Positions 20,308-34,007 are shown, numbered from the stretch's first letter. The stretch: 64,000 nucleotides of DNA from an uncultured virus (IMG/VR IMGVR_UViG_3300021957_000021) (IMGVR_UViG_3300021957_000021), one strand, 5' to 3'. Numbers and translations are program-made. Notes: generated by a model from the letters alone, not told the origin.

Positions 20308-21648
20308 ATGACCTTAACTCAAAAACATCTTAAAGATAGTTATATTTTGGAACAGGAAATTGGCATTGTTTACAAGATAACAAATAAAATTCAATTCGAT
20401 CCATTTCATGAAAAGTATAAATATTTAAACGCTTGGGACTCTTGTTATATTGGATGTACAAGTCAAGACCTTAATGAGCGTTATCAAGATGGAATAGAGA
20501 ATACCCATAACCATTTTCTAAAAAAAGCTATCGAATTTTATGGTAAAGAAAATTTTCATATTGAAGCTTTAGAAGAAAAAATTCAGTTTGTAGATTTACT
20601 AAGAAGAGAGCGTCATTATATTCAATTAAATAATTGTATATATCCCAATGGATATAACATAAGAGAAGGTTCTGACTCTGATAATTCTAGCCATAGACGC
20701 AAAAAAGAGTCTCACATCAGAAACATTAAAACTAATAATGTTTTTTCTATTAAAAACCTTAAACATTTTTGCAAAAATCCAAGTTCATACGATAAATCCA
20801 TTGATGAAAATTTAAAAATAAATTATACACAGATGTCTAATGCTCTCACAGGTTATGTAGAGCCTAAATACAAAAAGAACGGATATGACTTACCTCACCA
20901 AATAATTGTTTCCGAAACTTACTGCTCGGCTAAACACACAAATAAAGATATAGAAAATTTCAAACGATACCTGTATAAAAAAAGTATAGAAGAGTTTGCA
21001 GATAAATTAATATTCCCGATTGAATTAATAAATTTTAAAAATTTAAATATAATTAAAATTAAGGATGAACTTGCATTCGCCCATTTGATAATTAATGATC
21101 CTGCAATCTCCTTATCGAGATTGAAGCGAATTTTTTCAACCGATAAAAGTGGGTATAAATGTTCAAAATATTCAAGCAATGATCTTGTCTTAAAAGAAAA
21201 TTTTAAAAAAAACAATCGATGGCATAAATATGACATTAATGGCGAACCTGCTGAATTCACTCTAATTCACAAAAAAAGTGGAGATATAGAAACATTTACT
21301 TGGCAAGAGCTTGGAGAATTAGCTCAAAAACTATACTTAAAATCATATGCTAGTATTAGTCTGAAAAGTCAAATAAGCCACATGAAAGATGTTGCACATT
21401 CAACTTTTGGGCGATCCATTAGAAGACTTTTGACAGGCGAGTTAAAAATGTGTTATGGATACAAACTTGATGAATCTAATTTACCTTTTAAATTAAGAAT
21501 AAAAAGATTTACGACAAATAAGTATGTTAAAAAAGTTTTAGACTTAGGTTATTCCGTTAGATTTAAAAATTTACCAACAGATTCTAAAGAGGAAGTTAAA
21601 ATGACAAGAAAAATTCTTGATCTTCTTGACATTCCTTTCTTTTTATGA
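20308..21648 (+). CDS. Free-standing GIY-YIG endonuclease (Seg-like)
   Basis: GIVYKITN...YIGCT...ER..., AI..YG.ENF, RERHYI...PNGYNI. Confidence 0.8.
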   Translation: MTLTQKHLKDSYILEQEIGIVYKITNKIQFDPFHEKYKYLNAWDSCYIGCTSQDLNERYQDGIENTHNHFLKKAIEFYGKENFHIEALEEKIQFVDLLRRERHYIQLNNCIYPNGYNIREGSDSDNSSHRRKKESHIRNIKTNNVFSIKNLKHFCKNPSSYDKSIDENLKINYTQMSNALTGYVEPKYKKNGYDLPHQIIVSETYCSAKHTNKDIENFKRYLYKKSIEEFADKLIFPIELINFKNLNIIKIKDELAFAHLIINDPAISLSRLKRIFSTDKSGYKCSKYSSNDLVLKENFKKNNRWHKYDINGEPAEFTLIHKKSGDIETFTWQELGELAQKLYLKSYASISLKSQISHMKDVAHSTFGRSIRRLLTGELKMCYGYKLDESNLPFKLRIKRFTTNKYVKKVLDLGYSVRFKNLPTDSKEEVKMTRKILDLLDIPFFL

Positions 21649-21660
21649 GATTATATTTGT

Positions 21661-22143
21661 ATGGACATTAAAATAATAGATGGCAATCTTCTTGATTTTC
21701 CAAATGGCATTGACTTTATAGCTCATTCATGCAACACTCATAATGTTATGGGTGCAGGAATTGCTAGGGAAATAAAATATCGTTACCCTAATGCTTATTC
21801 TGCGGATTGTCATGCAATGATGAAGGGCGATAATGTTTTAGGAGATTATAGTTTTGCAGTTACTGATGCTACACAAAACAAAGGCATTTATAATATGTAT
21901 ACCCAATCGAAGATTGGAGATGAAAGGTCAGTTAATTACGAAGCATTTTATGTTGCATTAAATAAAGTGGCGGGTCATATTGAATGGCAATCCAAGCATG
22001 AAGGAGCAGAAAAGACTTTAGGTTTGCCTTGGGGTATTTCTTGTGGACTCGCAGGGGGTAGTTGGAATGTTATTTTTTCGATGATAAATGATATTTTAGT
22101 TGACAGAACATTTAAAACATATATAGTTAAATACCATGAATAG
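21661..22143 (+). CDS. Macrodomain (ADP-ribose binding/hydrolase) protein
   Basis: GNLL, HSCN...MGAGIA..IK..YP, N.YTQ, ISCGLAGG.W. Confidence 0.9.
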   Translation: MDIKIIDGNLLDFPNGIDFIAHSCNTHNVMGAGIAREIKYRYPNAYSADCHAMMKGDNVLGDYSFAVTDATQNKGIYNMYTQSKIGDERSVNYEAFYVALNKVAGHIEWQSKHEGAEKTLGLPWGISCGLAGGSWNVIFSMINDILVDRTFKTYIVKYHE

Positions 22144-24456
22144 ATTTGAATTAGAAGATGCAATGAGTGATGTTCGCCAAGTAGGTGAAGATATAGAAAC
22201 AATGATATATGCGATTGGAGATTCTCCAATCAAGCATACCGAAGACCAATTATTAAATATGCTTATCGGCATAAAACAACTGCATGAGACTCGTTATCAA
22301 AAAATGTGGAATGTCTTTGAGCAGTTAGTTAAAAAAGGAATTATATCAAATAAAGAAGGGGGCATGGAATAATGATTGAATTAGAAAAACCTTGGCAAGC
22401 ACCTAAAGAAGTTGCTTCAGCAATAATTGATTTAGCATTAACTCATATCAAAAAAGTTGAAGCTAATCCCGAAGTTGAAACTGAAGGAGATAACTTTGAC
22501 TATTGGTATAGTTATGATTTGGGAGATGGTAATTATATAGATTATAATATTCATTGTGGAGACGAGTGGTGCGTGGTTAAACAAGATGGTTCGGGAGAGT
22601 ACGAATATACTGATCCTAGCACATGGTCTTGGGATGTTGCTTGCTATGCAGTTGATCCGCCTACTAAAGAATTTCAGTATCATTCAATAGACACAGGTAG
22701 AGAACATTATTTATTTAATTATAATAAACAAGGAAATAAGGAAATAGTTTTTGAAAGCTGAATGGACATTTTTATTTGAATTATTTTTCATAATAGGGTT
22801 GACAATATTAATAATTATAACTAGTATTTAAGTATGAGCGGAGAAGGTTTATCAGTTAGTTTTAGAAGAACATCCTTTACGGATAAGTCTAATGCAGAAC
22901 TCCTTGAGGAGTTTCAAAAGATCATTTATAATAGTAGAGTCATGCGACACATGAAATGGTATGGTAAAGCTCATACTCTTGACATATTAGAACATGGTGA
23001 CGATAATCGCCAAAAGTGGGAACAAGAATATGTTGCAATTAAAGATACTTTTCAATTTGAAATTAGTGTCTATGAGTCTTGGTATGAAGATGCTGATCTT
23101 TATGAGTCGCATGAAGTAGAAGATAGTTTCGTATCTCTTGCCCGAAAGTTTGCAAACGACAATGCTCTTATGTATTTTCCAAATGGTTTCCCTGCTGAAT
23201 GGATAGAGCAAGAAATAATTGATGGAGAAAAAAATTGGAATCATTATAATGTAAAACCCGATGATAAAAACATTGACAAGATATGTGATGTGTGGTATCG
23301 TTATGGAATAATGAAATTACAAGCATTTGATGAAAAAGTCGAATCTCAACTTTGGGCTGAAGCTAGAGACAAAATAAAAGAATTAATAGAAAATAAATAT
23401 GAATATGCAAAATAGATCAGATAATTATTTAACAGAGCAATACAATCGAAATCGCCTCCCATCAGAACATATTTCAAGTTCGGATCAAATCTCAAACGCT
23501 TACTCGCAAAGTTGGTTGACAATCAGACGAGAAGATGATACTGACGATTGGTCTGCTCCGATTATGTGGTTAGATGACGAATCGGAATATGATCTTTTTG
23601 CATTTAATGATCTAAATATAGATTGGGTGGAAGAAATGGATAAAGAGGGTGCTCCAATTATAGATGGCGATCACTTAGGTAGAGATATTTGCATTGAAGT
23701 AACCTGCCCATCCAAGGGTTGGAATAAAAGAAGGGCAATAGGATACAACATAGATTTTGATTGGAACTAATGAAGAAAAAATCAAGCGGAAATGGCAAAG
23801 GCGATTCGCCTAGAAACAATGCTTCAAAAAAATTTAGAGACAACTATTCTGAAATAAATTGGAGAAAAGTTCGCAAGGCAAAAAAACTTCTTGACAAAAA
23901 CAAGAATAAATAATATCATTATATACATGATAGAAGATAATACAAAAATTAGTAAATACATTCTCATTAATACTTTAGCAAAACCGCCTTATGCTTATTT
24001 AGGTCATGCTAATCTATCCGAATTTGAAACCAACACAAAGAATCGTGCATTTAAGATGAATAGAGTTAATAAAAAATATATATTAGAGGAAGATTGGAAA
24101 TGAAAATACAAGTAACTAACTACGGGAAAACATATGCTATTGAATCTGATGAAGACCATGATGTTGAGAGTGTCGCAGATATGTTCAAGAGCTTGCTTGT
24201 AAGTATGGGATACCATCCATGCAATGTAGACGCATTATTTAATACAGAGTATAAATGGTTTACTGAAGAAGAATTAGAGCAGAATCTGCAAGGTCATCAA
24301 AGTGGCTCAAATGCGATAGTGAACAAATGGCACAACGAATGTTTGCATGAATCTAAAGAGTCTTTTTCAGAAAGAAAAAAGAGGGTAGAGGAATGGCAAA
24401 ATAATCTTTATCGTCCCGAAGATGATGATTTCGATGAATACGATATGTTTAAATAG
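22136..24456 (+). other. Run of hypothetical genes (22136-22372, 22372-22761, 22834-23415, 23399-23770, 23770-23913, 23927-24103, 24100-24456)
   Basis: Tightly packed ORFs; 23770-23913 (GKGDSPR motif) found by hand. Confidence 0.65.
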
Positions 24457-24458
24457 AT

Positions 24459-24749
24459 ATGACAGAATACGAGATAGAATTAAAAGAAACTCCCGAAGGT
24501 GAATTATTTTTTCGCATACCCGATGATGCTCTTGGTCGATTAGGTTGGGAAGAAGGTGATGAGTTAAAGTTTGAAGAAAGGGATGGTGCAGTTCTGATTC
24601 GCAAAATTAAATACGAAAGCGTTGAGCTAGAATTTGACGATGAAGAACTTCTTAAATATATGAAGTTTGCACATGAATCGGGAATTACATTTAATCAACT
24701 TTGCGAAGACGCAATTAGATCAAAATTAGATGAAATTAATTCTGAGTAA
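24459..24749 (+). CDS. AbrB/MazE/SpoVT-like DNA-binding protein
   Basis: FRIPDDALGRLGWEEGDEL.F....G.VLIRK. Confidence 0.75.
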   Translation: MTEYEIELKETPEGELFFRIPDDALGRLGWEEGDELKFEERDGAVLIRKIKYESVELEFDDEELLKYMKFAHESGITFNQLCEDAIRSKLDEINSE

Positions 24750-24957
24750 ATTTTTATATTATTGTGGAGATTTGGTTAGTCGGCTTTTGTATTTTAATTG
24801 CCTTAGTTGGTTGTATCCATTTTATAACAAAATAATGTTGCTAAGTTCTAAGCTAGATAAAGAAGGCGAGGTATGGAAATATCATGCCCCAAAATTATCT
24901 GATGAACAATTAAAAGAATTAACTAAAGAAGTTAAAAAAAGAAAACTACATGAATAA
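24730..24957 (+). CDS. Hypothetical protein
   Basis: ORF overlapping both neighbours. Confidence 0.55.
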   Translation: MKLILSKFLYYCGDLVSRLLYFNCLSWLYPFYNKIMLLSSKLDKEGEVWKYHAPKLSDEQLKELTKEVKKRKLHE

Positions 24958-25579
24958 TGAAGTGGAATTATTAGGTCACTATGGTAGTGATGAAATCATT
25001 GCCTGTTCAGCGTGGACAAGCACAAGCAGGAATTTAACTGAAGAAAAAAAACAACGCATTCCCAAGCTTATTAATATGCTTTGGAGTAATGGTCACGAAA
25101 CTCCCTTTGAAAAAGGTGTTGTTCATTTTTTAGTCGATACAGAAATTGCTAGTCATATACATTTACTGAAGCATAGAATTGCTTCGATTAATGCAGAGTC
25201 AGCAAGGTACAAAGAATTAAAAGAGGATAAAATATTTATCCCCGATGATTTCCCAAATAAATGGAAACAAAAATTAATTGATTATAGTGATGAAGGTAAT
25301 AACTTATATCATTCATGCCTAGAAGAACTTGAGCCAATCTTAGGCAGGAAAAGAGCGAAAGAGTCTGCTAGATTCTTCAAGACTTACAATTCTCGGATAC
25401 AAGCAGATGTGATGCTCAATATGCGTAGCTTTGCAAATTTTTTAAATCTTAGAAATAGTGAACACGCACAAAAAGAAATTAGAGAAATAGCCTTGACGAT
25501 GTTAGAGTTAGTAACTAATATTGAAGGACAACCATTCAAATATACATTAGAAGCATTCAATGAATCAAGAAAAAAGTGA
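24950..25579 (+). CDS. thyX: Flavin-dependent thymidylate synthase
   Basis: GHETPFE, KHRIASINAESARY, AKESARF, NMRSFANFLNLR...HAQKEIR. Confidence 0.92.
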   Translation: MNNEVELLGHYGSDEIIACSAWTSTSRNLTEEKKQRIPKLINMLWSNGHETPFEKGVVHFLVDTEIASHIHLLKHRIASINAESARYKELKEDKIFIPDDFPNKWKQKLIDYSDEGNNLYHSCLEELEPILGRKRAKESARFFKTYNSRIQADVMLNMRSFANFLNLRNSEHAQKEIREIALTMLELVTNIEGQPFKYTLEAFNESRKK

Positions 25580-25720
25580 ATACATTATTATTGATTGGAA
25601 TCGCCCACATGGTCACGAAAGAATCCCAACAAATAAAACAATTATCTTAACAAAAGATGAGGCTTATGATTTAAATAAGTTGCTTACATTAAATGGTGAA
25701 AATAAAAGATATGTTAAATT

Positions 25721-28700
25721 ATGAAAACAATACATAATACTAAAAACTGCAATTACAGAAGGTTCTTGCACAAAAAACTAAAGAATGGAAAAATTAGTGG
25801 TCGCTTTTATAAGTTCCTTTGCAGAAGTCATCCGTATCGTATTACAACTCGTAACATAGAGTTAATTGTAAGAGAAATTCTTAATGGTAAGATGACAGAA
25901 GATAAAGGTATTCGCTTATTAAAACAAGATACCAACGAGCTAAAGAGGCAACAAGAGATGTATCAATCAAATATAGAGTATGCTAAAAAAGTTAAAACAT
26001 AAATTAAAACAAATATACGAACTCTTCGCTTGTATTGGAGCTTTCATGATCATTATGTATTTATTAGTAGTGTATATATTAACAGGAAAAGATTAAATAA
26101 TGAAAGAAATAATAATTAAAGTTTTAAAAAATTTTGCTGACTTACAAGTAAACCTAGAATCAGATTCGGCAAGAGAAATAATTGCGTCAGAGATAGAACT
26201 TAATTTAATAAAAAATAATGTTAATTTAAGTATTGATTCGTTGGAGCAAATTTGCGAGGATAAAGGTACTGATGATTGTTGTGGGGGCAACTGCCATCAA
26301 TGATCTGCTTAAACTATAAAGGCTTGAAGATTATAGAAGACCTTCACAAGTTGCGAGCAGAAACAAAAATCCATAAGCAGAAAAAAAAGTCTTGACATAT
26401 CACCTTTATTGGTTCATACTTAAATCATGAACGAAAACAGAAGAAAAGAGTTGCTTGAAGAAATTAAAGAAATGAATCCCGAAGCAATGTTTGCCGATGG
26501 GTTTGATGATTCTATTCTTGGTCATGATACTAAAGGTAGAGTTGTATACTCTGTTGATTCTATTCTTGAGACTCTCACAGAAAGAGACAATATGAGCGTG
26601 GAAGAAGCTCAAGAATATTTTTATTTTAATATTGATGGAGCGTATGTCGGTGAATACACTCCAATTTATATCTATTAATACTTGACAATAACAAAAAACT
26701 AAATTAGGATTATAACATGAAAACATACGAAGTAGAAATGGCAAGTACGACATATCGCACTTTTGAGGTTGAAGCAGATTCGCCCGAAGATGCTCAAAAT
26801 AAAGCGTTCCTTGAACTAGATGCTGATTCGGAGATTAGTAAAGCGTGGAGGCAAAATGCTGAAGTTAGTTTCGTGGAAGAGCAAGAAAAACCTAAAGATG
26901 ATTCGGAGCTTGACAAGTTAAACCAAGACCTATAAGGTAAAGATATGAATAGAAATACAGAAATATTACAACTAAGAGAATTACATGAAGTAGAGAGCGC
27001 GCTTAATACTCGCATAGGTGAGATTTACGAATATCCACCCGCCAAGAAAATTGCAGAAAAATTATTTAATTTAAATGATGAGCTAAATGCTTTATTAAAT
27101 AAAAGATCAGACGCATTAAATATGAATTTGCGATTTGGATCAGTTGGTGTGAATACATCTCATTTAAGCAATGATGATTTTGGCGCTTTTATTCGAGGCG
27201 AAATAAATGAACATGGGGAAAAGTTAAAGTGATTGAAGTTACAAACAAAGCTAAAAAAGAAAAGTATTTTGTATTTTCTGTACCTACTGCGTATATCTAC
27301 GAAATCCAAGCCGAAACCGAAAAGGAAGCTAGAGAAATACTAGTGGAGCATGGGGGCATTGAGATATATGGTGATCAATGCGAAATGACAAGCGAAGACT
27401 ACGAGAATGCAGAGTTAGAGCAAACTTACGAAATGTAAAAAAAGAATTGACAACAACTAAAAATTAAACTAGAGTACAAATATGAAAAAAATTACAGGAG
27501 ACGATTACCCAACTTACGAAGATTCAGTAAAGCTTACTCTTGCAGAGAGAGAAGTACATAAAGATAATTTAGAAAGATTAATGTTAGAAAATCTTCAGCT
27601 TAGACATCGCTTGGCTTGCATCAAAGATGATATAGAAATTATTGATAGGCATATTTCGTCTTACAAAAAGTGTCGCAAATGGTTCAAGCAACCAAGTCTC
27701 AATAAAGATGGAAGCGTTTATGCTGACGAAGCTATTCATAATCTCACTAATATAGAAATTGCTTGTGATTTATCTGATGAATCAGTCGATGAATGGGGTT
27801 CTGATCTAGCAGAAGAATATAGGCAAAAATTAAAGGAGTAAAAAATGAACATTGATTATCAATTATTAGAACAACAAAGAGATCATTTACTCGCAATCTT
27901 GTGGCATGACTCCAAACCTCCACAAGAAATGGAAGAAGAGCCTGTCCCGCTAGATAGAGAATTAGGTTGGGGCATTGTACATTTATTAGACGATTTACTA
28001 GATCAAGACTATTACAAAAATAAAAAAGCATGAGTAAGAAAAGAGAATATTGCGTTGGAATTAAAATAATTAATTGCTTTTATGTCGAGGCGGAAAATCG
28101 AGATGAAGCAGAAGAAATCGTGAGAGGTTATGATTCACACAAAACTCTTGACGATTGCGATTTTAATATTGAGTATACTGATCCTACAAATGGAGAAATT
28201 GCATGGAAAATAAAAGCAAATGAAGTTGATTGGCAAAAACTCGATGAACAATAAAGCATTAAGTGGATTAAAATTAGAAGCAGAATCAATTCAAGAATTA
28301 AAAGATACTCATAATTTTATTGATGAATTAGAGGAAGAGCTTGAATGGTATTGTCGCAATGCTCCCGATGAGGAAGAGTATATTATACATTTAGAAAACT
28401 CATTAGATAAATTATATAGACAATTAGAATTATTAGAAAAATTATGAAATTAACTAAATATCAAAAAGCTAGATTACTTGAACACGAATGGGATGTAGTT
28501 AATTCTGATGAAGGTCAGAATTGTGCTTGGATTTCCATTCAACCCGAAGATGGTGAAGTTTATCAAGTCGTACTCGATGTTTTTCACTTGACAGACACAG
28601 GAAAAGATATTAAGCTACTCGTAGTTGGAACACAAAACGAAGGATAATAAATATGAGAACCACACAAAGAGAACTAAGAGAAGGCAATCCTACTATTGAT

Positions 28701-31700
28701 GAAATGCGATATGATCTTGCCGAACAAGAGGCAATGAACATGAATGTTGGTCAAATCATAGAGATGCTATTGGATGGCTTTCAAGGTTTAAATGAAATTC
28801 CCGACATTGAAATAAAAGATGAATGGAATCAAATTTTTGGGGTTGACAAATAATCCAATTGCCACTATTGTTTTATCATGAACTATACAAGAGAAATAAT
28901 ATATGGATTTAAACTCATAGATCGTCTAATATCTAATTCAATAGATGATTTATCGAAAGAATGTGCGAGTGAAATTGACGATAGATACAATTTGCTTTTA
29001 GAATACGAAGAATTGTTTAAATATGACGAGAAAAGATTTAATTATGAAATCAGAAACTTTCTTATATGGATGTGTGATGTAATTTTACTTGATACTTTAT
29101 AATATGAATTTTAAAAAAGCAATTGAATTAGTCTTAAATGAAGCGGAGTCTTCAGCTTTGGGAGAAAATAACCAAGAGGTGCTTGACGCAGTAGAGATGG
29201 TCGGTAAATTCTATCGAACTTTCGGGCATCATTTTCAAAATTTTACTTTACCCGAAGAATTAAACCTTGACAAAGATTAACAAACCTGTCAGTATTAATT
29301 AATTAACAATTAACAAAGGAATAAAAATGAATTATTTTACAAATACAAATGTCCGTTGGAAAACATGGTCGCCCGAAAATGTCATCTTCAAAAGCAATCA
29401 ATTAGTCAAAAAAGTTTTGCCTTCTGAACATATCTTATCATGGAAGAGTAAAGGTGATCGTGATCGAAAAATGTGCGAGATGACAGGTTGTAAAAAAGTT
29501 AATGGAGTTTATACATATTATACCAAAGAAAACTACAAAGGTGTTATGGTTCAATTAAAAGATGTAAAAGATGATTTTCCATCTGCTAATATTGACTTTA
29601 TTGATTGTACAGAGAGAAAAGATAGCGTTGGCAACTTAAAAGGTAATCTCGATGTATTAGTTTACCTTAATTCTTTTCATAATAATTTTACATGGGATAG
29701 ATGCCCTCAAACAGGTAATTGGGTCAAGACAAGCACAGGCAAAACTGCACCATTGCGAGAAGGTTATCGTATGTGTTATGGTGGACAGGGTGATGCTAAT
29801 GCTATGGATTTTGATGAATTCCATGAGATGATTCAAATAACAGAAATGATCAGAGATTTTCTTGTTGATGTTGTCGTTCCTGTAAAAAATGGTGGATTAG
29901 TTGAAGAAGATTTATTGGTAGCATGACTAATTTACCCGAAATTTTTTATGTTTTAAATATAGTAACAGGATGCGTTTTCGTTTTACTTTTTCTCTTTTTT
30001 GTGATGAGTGGAGAATAATTATATAAAATTATATGTGTAATTATATATATGGAAGAGCGAGAAGAGGAGCTTAAAAATAAATTACATTTAGCGTGTAGAC
30101 AGATTCAAGACCAACTGATTGGCTTTGAGACACTAAAAGAATATTGTGATATAGATGAATTTCACATCAATAAGCTTAATGAAATTTTACTTGAATTAAA
30201 TTTTGTTTATGATAGCTTACTTGAAAATAAAAATATTGACAAATTTCGCTTATTTCAAAATAAATTTAAGAAACTTTAGTAAGACATTATTATGTCTGCA
30301 TTAGTTTATTTTTTACTCACTTTATATTTAATCAATTTAATATTTGCATTTATATCCGCCATTATAGTTGTCAAGCAGGACGATAACCCAAACAAGAATA
30401 AAATGTCATCAAACAATAAAATAATAATGGACGATTACGATGCAGGTTTTGCAGATGCAACAAAACTAATGCAAGAGAAATTAGATGCAATGCTCTTTAA
30501 ATACGAACTAATTCTCAAGGAATATGATTACATCGAAGAAGCAAGAGATGTTGCGTTGCTTGAAGAGGTTAAACAAAAACTTTTCAAAAAATAGTGTTGA
30601 CAAGTTGGTAGAACTTCATCATAATTATAGTTATGAAGTATCAAGCCGAAGCAAATGCAGTTTATGAAATGTTATTTGATCTTGAGGATTTGGTTGATTT
30701 GCATCAAAGCAGGTTTTCGACCAATCAATTACGAGATATAATTTCATTTAAAAATAAAGTCAATCATTACCTTGGTCGGAGATTACCATTGAAAGCCAAG
30801 AAGCAAGTAAAAGACTTAGACAAGTACATTCAACAATGTTTATATTATGCAAACTGAAATTATAGTTAAAGAAAAAAAATACAAGAACAGAAAAGATAGT
30901 TTATGGGTTGTCGTCTCTAACCATGCCGAAAATCTTAATTTATTAACCCGCAGAAAAAGCCTTGATAGGGTTGATCTCTTATGCTTGACTGATCTTGGTT
31001 TTAAAATAAAATACTTATGATAACAGAAACAGAAATACAAAATTTTCTTTATGAAATAGACGATCAACTAAGTGACGATCAAATAAATTCGTTGGCACAA
31101 AAAATATTTAATAATCAAAAAATATTATTTAGTTTATTTGACAAAGTTTCAGATAAACCTTGCGTTTGTGGATTTTGGGGGGATAAATAATGAAAATACA
31201 ACTAGGAATAAGAGGCAGTTCAGATAGCATAAATCATATCTTAATTAAAATAGATGATCTTATTTTAATGAATAAAGATAATTTATTTCTAGCGGGAAAT
31301 GAAGGTAGAGATAATACAGGAAAAAATTTAGTTCAGTTATTAAATACTCTATCAAAAGATCACGAAATATCTGTAAGCGAGAATGTCGCAGAACAGATAG
31401 AGAGCGAATTGGATATAAAAAATAATGAAATTAAAAAATATGTAAAATAGTATTGACAACCAAGAAAGACCAATCTAGTATTATACCATGAACACGACAG
31501 AAGCATTCCTAGCAAGTATTGAACAATCAATCTCTCATGCAGAGAAGATAGCAAACTCGATCCCCAAGAAGGGTCTTAATGTTTATCTTGACAAATCTAC
31601 TATGGTCATGCAGACATTCAGCGATCCTAGTGCGTTTGAGTATGCTAAGAAGGTTACTGCGAGAGCAGGGCAATCTAGTTGTCTTCGCAATGTATTAGAT

Positions 31701-33122
31701 GCAGGGGGTAGATTGCAATAATGCATGATAAAAAATGCAGAATAATAGTTTCCACACTTAAATACAAACTTTTAATCAACAAACAATGATTATGCTTGAC
31801 ATATCATGCAAATTAACCTAGTTTAACAATATGAAAAAATATAAATTATCAATAACAGAAGAGATTGGTGGATACATTGTAGTTGAGGCTAAAAATGTAG
31901 ATGAAGCAGAAGAAATTGCGGAAGAATTACTTAATGAACATGGTTGTCAAGACCTTTTTTACAATCATAATTTAACTAAATATCAAGGCGATCATACTCA
32001 TGGAGATAGAGGAGTTTTTAGTTGCGAGGAAATAAAATGAAACAACCAATATACGATGGCACAAACGAAGATGAGTGCGAATATTACGATAATGTAATCA
32101 TGGAATTACCAACATACGAACAATATATAAAAGATATGTCCTTGGCAGATCAAATAAAATTCTATTTTGATGTTGACATTGACAACTATTTAGGTGATCC
32201 TTGGGAAATACTCGCAGAATGTGCAGTCGATCCACATTGGCTAAGTGAGTTTAAAGTTAATTTTAAAGAATATTTACAAGAAAGGGAATACATAAAATGA
32301 ATGAGTTAAAAGAAAAATTAAATAAAAACATTGAGTATCATGTAGAAAGGGTAGCTGAAAAAGGCTCATCAAGCTTCTCTACTTGCGACCATTATAGTTG
32401 GGATAAAGATATTTGGAATCATAGACATTCTATTGTTGACAAGCTAATTGATTTAGGCTTTAATGTTGATACTCAAATGAATTGGGGGGTATTAGATATA
32501 ACAATCACAAAGGAATTAAAACTATGAAAGTAACAAGTGTTAGATATTTTGAAACAAACAAGGGAGTTGGCTATCAATGCAAAACCAATATTAAAGATGT
32601 GGAAATATGCAATGATGGCACAGGTGGAGCAACTTATGTAGATGGAGATTTAAAAAAATTAATTAAAGAATATACTGAATGGGATTTAGAAGGTTTAATT
32701 GATCAATACGAAAATAACTCTTGACATCGTAACAAAAACACTTTAGATTTATAGCATGAACATTAATTATATATACGAAGATAATACTATTGAAGAAAAA
32801 TTTTGGTACGATTCCTACACAGGAACTTATTTCTTGCATGATGAAGAGTGGGAAGAGCCAATGGAGTTTACAGAAGATGAATTAATTACAGAAGGAATTT
32901 ATTTAAATGAATATTGCTAAAGAATATAATGTAGAAATAGGTTTAACTCCAAGCGATATTCAAGCTATTCTCGATGGAGAAATGTCAACGCTTCACTTTT
33001 TACCAACTGATGATACTGATTACGAAGATAAGATTAGTGTTCATCTTAAGCCAATTAGTGAAGATACAACTTTATCAGAGCAAATGAATTTAATTGTTGA
33101 GACATGGAATAAACCTGTTTAG
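25721..33122 (+). other. Dense array of ~30 small hypothetical early genes (incl. 26427-26678, 26717-26935, 27229-27438, 27482-27841, 28030-28254, 29327-29926, 31831-32040)
   Basis: Mostly 60-120 aa, acidic, co-directional; many have their own TTGACA promoter. Confidence 0.7.
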
Positions 33123-33197
33123 AGCATCAACATATTAACAACTATGTGTTTATAAAAAAGAAAAATATCGACATAACTTATTAGTGTAATTAAATAT

Positions 33198-34007
33198 ATG
33201 AGTAATGATCCAAATTTTCCATCTTCTTTACCTATCGCTCCTGCGAGAAATAGTTCTCTAGGATTTAATTATGTATGGGATACTTTAAATTTACATTGGA
33301 CTCCTAAACCCGAAAGTCAACATGACTTAGCTATCGGTCAAGCAAAAGAAAGTGTGAACAAGTTCGGTGCTTTACCTCAAATCACAGATAAGTCAACAAT
33401 TCAAACTATATGGGATGGAGTAACAGAATATGTATTCCCTAGTAGTAGTGGTGAATCATTAATAATCAACTCTTCTAACGGAACGGATAATCAGTCTGTT
33501 ATAGTTATGGGATTGGATGAAAATTTTGAACAACAATTTCAAGAAATTACTCTTTCGGGTACAAGTGATGTAAATATACCAAGCACATGGACTAGAGTTT
33601 TTAGAGCTTATAATAATAGTTCTAGCGATTTTGTAGGAGATGTCTCAATTAAAAGTAGTGATGGGGTTAATACTTACGCAAAAATTTTATCAAATAATAA
33701 TCAAACCTTAATGTGCGTTTATACGATACCCGCTAATTACACAGGAAAATTAGTGAAGTTTAATATATCTGCACACAATGTTTCTTCATCAAATTCATTA
33801 AGTGCAGTCGTGCATTTAAAAACTAGAGAGTATGGAAAAGTGTTTAGGACTCGTAGTGTTACAAGTTTTAGCGATGTTTCTCCGACATCCAACCAATTGA
33901 CTTTCCCTATTGTTTTACAACCTAAAACTGATATTATTTTTAATAAAGTAAGTGCGAGTGCAACTTCGGGTAAAATAAATTGCGATTTTGACATTGCATT
34001 GAATTAA
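33198..34007 (+). CDS. Ser/Thr-rich beta-type protein, probable virion component
   Basis: VNKFG..TIWDG, TRVFRAY, QTLMCVYTIPA; GTGTAA 14 nt upstream. Confidence 0.55.
   Translation: MSNDPNFPSSLPIAPARNSSLGFNYVWDTLNLHWTPKPESQHDLAIGQAKESVNKFGALPQITDKSTIQTIWDGVTEYVFPSSSGESLIINSSNGTDNQSVIVMGLDENFEQQFQEITLSGTSDVNIPSTWTRVFRAYNNSSSDFVGDVSIKSSDGVNTYAKILSNNNQTLMCVYTIPANYTGKLVKFNISAHNVSSSNSLSAVVHLKTREYGKVFRTRSVTSFSDVSPTSNQLTFPIVLQPKTDIIFNKVSASATSGKINCDFDIALN

Noticed and set aside
20308..21648. Group I intron around the GIY-YIG gene
   Set aside because: Only 12-15 nt of flanking space and no interrupted host gene
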